Assembly (NCBI GenBank): GCA_038849525.1
Contig: JAWCMS010000001.1
Location: 142,584 to 206,583 of the forward strand
Direction: 5' to 3'
Source: Candidatus Pacearchaeota archaeon
GTDB lineage: Archaea > Nanobdellota > Nanobdellia > Pacearchaeales > JAHJTO01
DNA length: 64,000 nucleotides
The position numbers were made by a program, and so were the translations under genes. Positions 57,900 through 64,000 of the stretch are shown here, in pieces (position 1 is the stretch's first letter; every line of letters starts with the position of its first letter). The notes beneath the pieces are model-generated. The model worked only from the letters and a program-made list of their open reading frames with translations, was not told where the DNA came from and did not search any database.

Positions 57900-58508
57900 T
57901 TAACAAGCCTCTATTTTAGAGAAAAAGGCTTGCTGCTCTTCTTTGCTTTTACCAAAAATAAATAAATTTTCAAATCCTTTTTCTTTATATACAATAAATG
58001 ATAAAGTAGAAGAATTTTTATAAATGTTTGGTGAGATTATTTCATCGCCATTAAATTCTGCTATTTTTTCAAATGTTATCAAATTTTCTATTTCTTCTTT
58101 TATTTCTATTATATTTTCATCTTTGTTTAAAACTCCTGTAATAGACACATTATTCATGGTATAACTTCTAAAAGTTTTATCATTATATTTGAAATTAATA
58201 TTTGCATAACGATTAATTAAAGTACCCCTATTTATTATCTGCATGCTTACTTCTTTAGGAAGATTTACGAAAGCATCTTTACACAAGCAATTGTTTTTTT
58301 GCTTTAATTTGCATTCTTCAAGTTTTGAAATAAAATTATCTACTGCGCTATTGATAGAATATTTGGTAGTTACAGGCAGTGATTGAAAATCTATTTTTGT
58401 TTCTGGTGCTAAGTAAGTATTATAAAAAGAGTAAATCAACAAAAATATTATTGCTACTGCGATTATAACAAGTATAAGATTTATTAATTTTTCAAAAGTT
58501 AGCTCCAT
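57900..58508 (-). CDS. Pilin-like protein without basic leader
   Basis: MELTFEKLINLILVIIAVAIIFLL; C..C.C motif; ATG 1 nt after the upstream stop. Confidence 0.7.
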   Translation of the reverse strand: MELTFEKLINLILVIIAVAIIFLLIYSFYNTYLAPETKIDFQSLPVTTKYSINSAVDNFISKLEECKLKQKNNCLCKDAFVNLPKEVSMQIINRGTLINRYANINFKYNDKTFRSYTMNNVSITGVLNKDENIIEIKEEIENLITFEKIAEFNGDEIISPNIYKNSSTLSFIVYKEKGFENLFIFGKSKEEQQAFFSKIEAC

Positions 58509-58509
58509 T

Positions 58510-58668
58510 TTATCTTCCAAATCTAAAAATATCTAATATATTCTGAAGGGCTGCAGCTAATCTCCCTGTTGCTAACGAATTTATAAACAAAATAAGTATC
58601 ACAAGCACAGCCAGTCCTATTATCCATTTTCCAATTTCAGCAAATTCGAATCCTTTTTTATTTTTCAT
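58510..58668 (-). CDS. Micro-pilin (52 aa), missing from the ORF track
   Basis: MKNKKG|FEFAEIGKWIIGLAVLVILILFINSLATGRLAAALQNILDIFRFGR*, E+5. Confidence 0.85.
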   Translation of the reverse strand: MKNKKGFEFAEIGKWIIGLAVLVILILFINSLATGRLAAALQNILDIFRFGR

Positions 58669-58781
58669 GTTAGTAACGAAGGAATTATCTTTTTTAAAAT
58701 TACATAATAGGCAAGCATAATAATTATTATATAAAGCAGTATTTTTAGTAACAGTTCTAAACTTAATGAACCTTTTTTCAT
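58665..58781 (-). CDS. Micro-pilin (38 aa), missing from the ORF track
   Basis: MKKG|SLSLELLLKILLYIIIIMLAYYVILKKIIPSLLT*, E+5; ATGA overlap with the next gene. Confidence 0.8.
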   Translation of the reverse strand: MKKGSLSLELLLKILLYIIIIMLAYYVILKKIIPSLLT

Positions 58782-58845
58782 AATTCTTAATGATAAATAT
58801 TGTTAATAAACTTTATTAATTAGATATTGTTTGAAAAATAAGAAA

Positions 58846-59169
58846 ATGAACAGAGGTGGGACTGAAGATTTGTTGTGGAATCTAGGACTTATTCTTATCT
58901 TTCTTTTTGTTGCAGGAATATTATTTGTATGGGAATCAAATCAAGTAACAGGAAAGGCTGTTAAATCAGAAATTATTGCAAAACAGACAGCATTGCTTAT
59001 TGATAGTGGTAAACCAGGAACAATAATATTTGTTGATGCAAATATTACTATAGAAGGAAATAAAATAATTGCATATTATGAAAATAGCAAATTTGAATAT
59101 TCATTTTTTAATAAGAATAAAATTTCATATAAGCAAACAGGAAGAGGAACTGAAATTAAGATAGAATGA
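58846..59169 (+). CDS. Pilin-like protein
   Basis: MNRGGTEDLLWNLGLILIFLFV; AKQTALLID. Confidence 0.75.
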   Translation: MNRGGTEDLLWNLGLILIFLFVAGILFVWESNQVTGKAVKSEIIAKQTALLIDSGKPGTIIFVDANITIEGNKIIAYYENSKFEYSFFNKNKISYKQTGRGTEIKIE

Positions 59170-59630
59170 ATCGCAAAGGACAGGTTTTGAGTGAAGGAAT
59201 AATACTAGTATGGAAAATTTTTCTTATCATATTTGTAATATTATTTGTTGTAATTACAATAACACCTGTTTTTACAACGAAATTAGATATAAGGCAGCCA
59301 GAAGGTCTGCTTATTGCAAAGAGTATTCTTGAATGTGTTTCCAATAATGGAATTGTAGAACAAGGTATTGATTTTAAAAATTGCATAATTTTAGATGAAA
59401 ATGAATACTATATTAATACTTCTTTAACCTCATTTGATTCAAATTTGAAAAAAGAAAGTATTTTCGGAATAGATTTAGAGGTCCTATGCTCTTTTCCTGG
59501 AAAATATTTATCATCACCTTCATGTATAAGACAAAAATATTATGTTTTAATTAACAACAATGGGAAAATAGAAAAAGGAACTCTTAATTTACTTATTGGA
59601 ATAAAAAAATTTGCTGAAAATGTCAAATAA
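59166..59630 (+). CDS. Pilin-like protein
   Basis: MNRKG|QVLSE plus hydrophobic helix. Confidence 0.82.
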   Translation: MNRKGQVLSEGIILVWKIFLIIFVILFVVITITPVFTTKLDIRQPEGLLIAKSILECVSNNGIVEQGIDFKNCIILDENEYYINTSLTSFDSNLKKESIFGIDLEVLCSFPGKYLSSPSCIRQKYYVLINNNGKIEKGTLNLLIGIKKFAENVK

Positions 59631-60078
59631 AAAGGGTCAATTATTAGGAGAAACAGCAGCATTAATTGTAGCAACTATCATAATATTCATTTTGCTAGTT
59701 GTTTTCTTTTTTCTTATAAAAAGTATTTCAATAGCAAAAGGAACTGATTCAGAAACTATTCTATTACAAGAACAAAATATAGTTTCATTAATGGCTTATT
59801 TAAACACTCCTGTTAATATTCAAGAACAAGAGATGAAAATGATTGATTTAATTAGACTTACATCTATTGATAAGAATTATAAACTTTTATTGGAAGAAAA
59901 AACAAAAGAAATTTTTAATAAGGTTTATGGAAATGATTATCAATTTTGGATTATTCAAGATAGTAAGACTATAATTCAAATAAGTCCATTAGAAACTACG
60001 AAATATGGGTGGGTTCAGACTAAAATGGAATTGCCTGGAAAAATAATTGTCTATCTCCAACTAAAAAAACTAAAATGA
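59620..60078 (+). CDS. Pilin-like protein
   Basis: MSNKKG|QLLGE plus hydrophobic helix; YLNTPV. Confidence 0.82.
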   Translation: MSNKKGQLLGETAALIVATIIIFILLVVFFFLIKSISIAKGTDSETILLQEQNIVSLMAYLNTPVNIQEQEMKMIDLIRLTSIDKNYKLLLEEKTKEIFNKVYGNDYQFWIIQDSKTIIQISPLETTKYGWVQTKMELPGKIIVYLQLKKLK

Positions 60079-60785
60079 ACAGCAAATCACAGATTCCAGA
60101 AGCTGTATTAATTTTGATAGCTCTTGTTGTTTGTGGGACTACTTTATATTATATAGTAACATATGGAACAATAAAAGCAGAAACAATAAATATAAATAAA
60201 TCTATTGATATATTTAATGAAGCAGAAAAATTTGATTATTATATTCGCGATTTCTCTGACATGGCTTTACAAGAAAGCTATGCTGAAGTTACTAAAAAAC
60301 CCTTGGTTTGTCAGGAGCAAATAGGAACAGTAGCTATCTGGAGTGAGAAATGCAAACCTAATAATCAAGAAATTAAAAATAAAATAAAGTTAAAATTTGA
60401 TGAAAAATTATCAAAAATTGGAAAACTTTTTAGTTCTGAGATAAAAGAAAAAATAAATGTAAAATTTGAACCAATTATTTTTAATAATTCTAATAAAAAT
60501 AAGTTTGTTTCTTATAATATAAGTTATACATTATTTCCATCATTTTCTCTTGATTATCCAAAAATTGATTTCGAAGAGATATATTCTGCAATTATAACAA
60601 AAAAAGTAGAATGTGAAAATAAAGACAATCAGCAGGAATGCATGCAGCAATTAAATTTTGAAAATTGGAATTTTAGGCTGGAGTCAAGCACAAATTATTA
60701 TCTCTTTACTCTTTATTCAAAAAAATCATATTTTTATGATAATTCATTCAAACCTGTTGAATTTTCATTTGCCATAAAAAAATAA
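60075..60785 (+). CDS. Pilin-like protein
   Basis: MNSKS|QIPEAVLILIALVV. Confidence 0.75.
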   Translation: MNSKSQIPEAVLILIALVVCGTTLYYIVTYGTIKAETININKSIDIFNEAEKFDYYIRDFSDMALQESYAEVTKKPLVCQEQIGTVAIWSEKCKPNNQEIKNKIKLKFDEKLSKIGKLFSSEIKEKINVKFEPIIFNNSNKNKFVSYNISYTLFPSFSLDYPKIDFEEIYSAIITKKVECENKDNQQECMQQLNFENWNFRLESSTNYYLFTLYSKKSYFYDNSFKPVEFSFAIKK

Positions 60786-60839
60786 TCGTTATAATTCAAA
60801 CTAAGAAAATTTATAAATAGGTTTTCTTTTAAAAGAAAA

Positions 60840-61796
60840 ATGATTAAGGCAAATTATTCTCAGCTTGTTGAAAGGATTTCTAAGGCTACAGGTTTAGATA
60901 TCGCAGATATAGAAAGAAGAATAGATGCAAAAAAAGCAAAACTTTCTGATTTAATTTCAAGAGAAGGAGCAGCGCAGATAGTTGCTGCAGAACTTGGAGT
61001 TAATTTTGACAATATAAAAGTTAAGATTAATGAATTGCTTGTAGGAATGAGAAAAGTAACTGTCGTCGGAAAAATAATAAAAATCTTTCCTATAAAAACA
61101 TTCAAAACAAAATTTGCAGAAAGTAAGGTATGCTCTTTCTTACTTGCAGATGAAACTGCTAATGTAAGATGTGTTTTATGGGATACCAATCATATAAAGA
61201 TGATTGAAGAAGGAAAAATTAAGGAAAATGATATAGTAGAAATTAAAGATGCTACTGTAAGAGAAGGGACAACCAAAGAGCTACATTTAAGTTCATTATC
61301 AGAATTTAATTTATCTACAGAAATAATTGAAAATCCTGTAATAGAAGAAACTATAGCAATAAAAGATATTTCTGAACTAAAAGAAAATGATAAAGTAGTG
61401 GTAAGGGCTACTGTAGTACAAGCATTTGAACCAAAATTTTTTAACATATGTCCAGAATGTGGTAGAAAAGTAACCTATGAGTCAGATAAATTTTTATGTC
61501 CACAACACGGTTTTGTCATCCCAAAAGAAAGGGCCCTATTTAATTTTGTGCTTGATGATGGGAAAGAAAATATCCGTGCAATAGCTTTTTCTGAAGCAAT
61601 AAAAAAATTTTTTAATATCACTGATGAAGAACTTAAAAATCTTGCTGAAAAAAGACAGAGCTTGCTTGGGAAGGAAGTAATGTGTAATGGAATTGTAAGA
61701 ATGAACAAAGCATTTGGCAATTTGGAGTTAGTTGTTTCTGATTTTGAAGAAGCAGATCCTGAAAAATTGATTCAAGAGCTTACCATAAATAGATAA
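60840..61796 (+). CDS. rpa: Replication protein A (OB folds plus Zn finger)
   Basis: LADET..VRCVLW, CPEC...CPQH, LDDG.ENIR. Confidence 0.9.
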   Translation: MIKANYSQLVERISKATGLDIADIERRIDAKKAKLSDLISREGAAQIVAAELGVNFDNIKVKINELLVGMRKVTVVGKIIKIFPIKTFKTKFAESKVCSFLLADETANVRCVLWDTNHIKMIEEGKIKENDIVEIKDATVREGTTKELHLSSLSEFNLSTEIIENPVIEETIAIKDISELKENDKVVVRATVVQAFEPKFFNICPECGRKVTYESDKFLCPQHGFVIPKERALFNFVLDDGKENIRAIAFSEAIKKFFNITDEELKNLAEKRQSLLGKEVMCNGIVRMNKAFGNLELVVSDFEEADPEKLIQELTINR

Positions 61797-61866
61797 ACCT
61801 TTTAATTATTTAAAATATATTATTTATTAGTATAAACCTTATAAACTGCTTTTTATTTTGTACTTT

Positions 61867-62853
61867 ATGGCTAAGGTGAAAGAAGAAAAAGAAAAATCTG
61901 AGATTGAAGAATTACCAGGTGTAGGGCCTGCTATTGCTCAAAAATTAAAGGATGCTGGAATAAATGATATCATTTCTGTTGCTGTTATGTCTCCTTCTGA
62001 ATTAGCTGAAAGTGCAGGAATGACAGAAGCAACTGCAAGAAAAACGATTCAAGCAGCAAGAAAAATGGCTAATCTTGATTTTAAAGATGCAACTCAATAT
62101 ATGAAAAACAGAGAAGATATGTTCACTATATCGACAGGAAGTAAGAATCTTGATACTCTACTCGGTGGGAGAGGTTTAGAAACAGGTGCATTAACAGAAG
62201 CTTATGGAGCATATGGTTCTGGAAAATCCCAAATTGCACATTCACTAGCGGTTCATGTCCAATTACCTAAAGAGCTTGGTGGAGCAGATGGGATGGCTGT
62301 TTTTATTGATACAGAAGGAACATTTAGACCAGAAAGAATAAAACAAATTGCAGCTGCATTAGGAATAGAACCTCAAGAAGCATTAAAAAAGATTTATGCT
62401 GCTAGAGCATTTAATTCAGATCACCAAATGCTATTAGTTGAAAAAATCCCAGAACTTATTAATGAGAAAAAATTGCCTATTAAACTTGTTATTATTGATT
62501 CCTTAACATCGCATTTTCGTGCAGAGTTTTCAGGAAGAGGACAACTTGCAGACAGACAACAAAAACTTAATAGACATATACATAATTTAATTAGGCTTGC
62601 TGAACAATATAATCTTGCTGTTTATGTTACTAACCAAGTTATGGCAAATCCTGCTGTGATGTTTGGTGATCCAACAACAGCAATTGGAGGGCATATTGTT
62701 GGACATGCTTCTACTTATAGAATATATTTAAGAAGAGGTAGAGAAGGAAGTAGGGTAGCTAAAATGATCGATGCTCCTAATTTGCCTGAAAACGAAACTG
62801 TTTTTTGGATTACCACTAGGGGATTAAGTGATATTGAGCCTAAAGAAGAATAA
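61867..62853 (+). CDS. radA: DNA repair recombinase RadA
   Basis: LPGVGP Hh[38 protein letters not shown]. Confidence 0.98.
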   Translation: MAKVKEEKEKSEIEELPGVGPAIAQKLKDAGINDIISVAVMSPSELAESAGMTEATARKTIQAARKMANLDFKDATQYMKNREDMFTISTGSKNLDTLLGGRGLETGALTEAYGAYGSGKSQIAHSLAVHVQLPKELGGADGMAVFIDTEGTFRPERIKQIAAALGIEPQEALKKIYAARAFNSDHQMLLVEKIPELINEKKLPIKLVIIDSLTSHFRAEFSGRGQLADRQQKLNRHIHNLIRLAEQYNLAVYVTNQVMANPAVMFGDPTTAIGGHIVGHASTYRIYLRRGREGSRVAKMIDAPNLPENETVFWITTRGLSDIEPKEE

Positions 62854-62932
62854 AATTTTTGTTAATTTAATCTTCTTATATATATTAGGAAAAATTTATT
62901 TATTAAGGATATCTGTTTTATTTAAACAATTT

Positions 62933-63042
62933 GCCCCTGTCGGCTAACGGATAGGCCACGACCTTGCGGTATAAAACTAATGTTTTTATTTCCTTAAAAA
63001 TGCAGAAAGGTTGAAATCGGGGTTCGAATCCTCGTAGGGGCA
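62933..63042 (+). tRNA. tRNA-Arg(GCG) with 38-nt intron (62970-63007)
   Basis: GCCCCTG/TAGGGGC acceptor; CGACC-TT-GCG-G|A-GGTTG; BHB central helix TTGC:GCAG; GGTTCGAATCC. Confidence 0.92.
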
Positions 63043-63124
63043 TATTAAATAGTCATTAATTAGTAGTTAAAGCGAAAGTTTTAAATAAGGTTTTTTTCTT
63101 TAAGTATTCTCTTAAAAAATTAAA

Positions 63125-63832
63125 ATGGAAATTATTATAAATAAATTTAAAGAATTATTCAAGATAGATTCTATTGAAACAACTGAGATAGACATTGATA
63201 ACACACCTCTTACCAATAATGTTAAAAAAGAACTTCTTGATAATTGCAAACAAAGCATGGGAAAAATAAAGGCCTACTTTAAGATTCTTAAAAATATGGA
63301 CGATTCCTATACATTTGAGGGAGCTTTAGTATATCGCGACAATGGCAAAAATAAAATACTCTATCTAAATCAAAATTTTCGTCGCCCCCCTGTTCAAGGA
63401 ACTATAATAAGCCATATGATGCCGAATGAAGAATTATCTTGGCATGAATATGCAGACAGTTACAAAGAAATGGCTTTAAAACTAGAAAAGTATCTTTTTC
63501 CAAATGAGTCAAAAAATAATGAAAATGGATATGATCGTATTTTTATAGAAATCAAAAACAGATTTGGGTTGCATGCAAGAGCCGCAGGTTTATTTGTTAA
63601 AGAAGCAACAAAATACAATTCAGAGATTTATGTAAGAAATGGAAGAGAAACTGCATTTGCAAGCAAAGAAATAGATGGAAAAAATTATGTTGATGGTAAA
63701 TCAATAATGAGCCTTTTGACATTAGCAGCTGAAAAAGGAAGCATTCTTGAAATAATTGTAAAAGGTGATGACTCAAAAAAAGCAATAGAAGGCCTTACCA
63801 ACTTAATAAATAATAAATTCTATGAAGACTAA
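63125..63832 (+). CDS. Unknown N-domain fused to HPr phosphocarrier domain
   Basis: IKNRFGLHARAA (His15), VDGKSIMSLLTL (Ser46), G.D...AI. Confidence 0.85.
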   Translation: MEIIINKFKELFKIDSIETTEIDIDNTPLTNNVKKELLDNCKQSMGKIKAYFKILKNMDDSYTFEGALVYRDNGKNKILYLNQNFRRPPVQGTIISHMMPNEELSWHEYADSYKEMALKLEKYLFPNESKNNENGYDRIFIEIKNRFGLHARAAGLFVKEATKYNSEIYVRNGRETAFASKEIDGKNYVDGKSIMSLLTLAAEKGSILEIIVKGDDSKKAIEGLTNLINNKFYED

Positions 63833-63864
63833 AGTTTTATATAGTCCTTTATTTTATTGAAAAA

Positions 63865-64000
63865 ATGAAATGTGTGAGTTGCGGCAAAAATTTTGTAAAA
63901 GGGGTTTGTTTTATATGCCCCGAGTGTGGCAAACGAAAAATTGCTAGATGTTTTGAATGCAAGAAACTAAATGTTACTTATAAATGCGAATGTGGTTTTC
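63865..64000 (+). CDS. DUF1610/HVO_2753-type zinc finger protein, truncated by window end
   Basis: MKCVSCG...FICPECG...IARC..CKK....YKCECGF. Confidence 0.8.
   Translation, partial: MKCVSCGKNFVKGVCFICPECGKRKIARCFECKKLNVTYKCECGF

Overview
AT-rich archaeal chromosome segment. Gene content (PolD, Orc1/Cdc6, RadA, RPA, XerA, split Hef, archaeal RNAP and r-protein cluster, intron-containing tRNAs, many class III signal peptide genes) points to a DPANN archaeon, most like Pacearchaeota/Woesearchaeota; the lineage is inferred. Layout: 1-6.1 kb tRNA/5S/RNAP-ribosomal cluster; 6.8-15.4 kb variable island running from xerA to a dif-like site, with a ShosTA-type DprA + HAD/PRTase pair, a DUF2779 nuclease and several pseudogenes; 16-18 kb three winged-helix genes with dense iterated DNA motifs; 18-29.4 kb Lhr, oriC, cdc6 and PolD; 29-47 kb housekeeping and surface genes; 47.9-60.8 kb type IV pilus-like locus with about 10 pilin-like genes; 60.8-64 kb RPA, RadA, tRNA-Arg and an HPr fusion. 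Best candidates for new biology: (1) the convergent coiled-coil/wHTH gene pair whose coding sequences carry iteron-like arrays and an ORB, 5.5 kb from oriC; (2) a pilin-like protein fused to an intact peptidoglycan amidase, near a glycine-zipper pilin, suggesting a pilus-based apparatus for attacking bacteria; (3) an unassigned ~80-nt structured RNA upstream of tRNA-Leu; (4) a tRNA-Leu with an AAG anticodon. All family calls are by motif recognition by eye; no searches were run.
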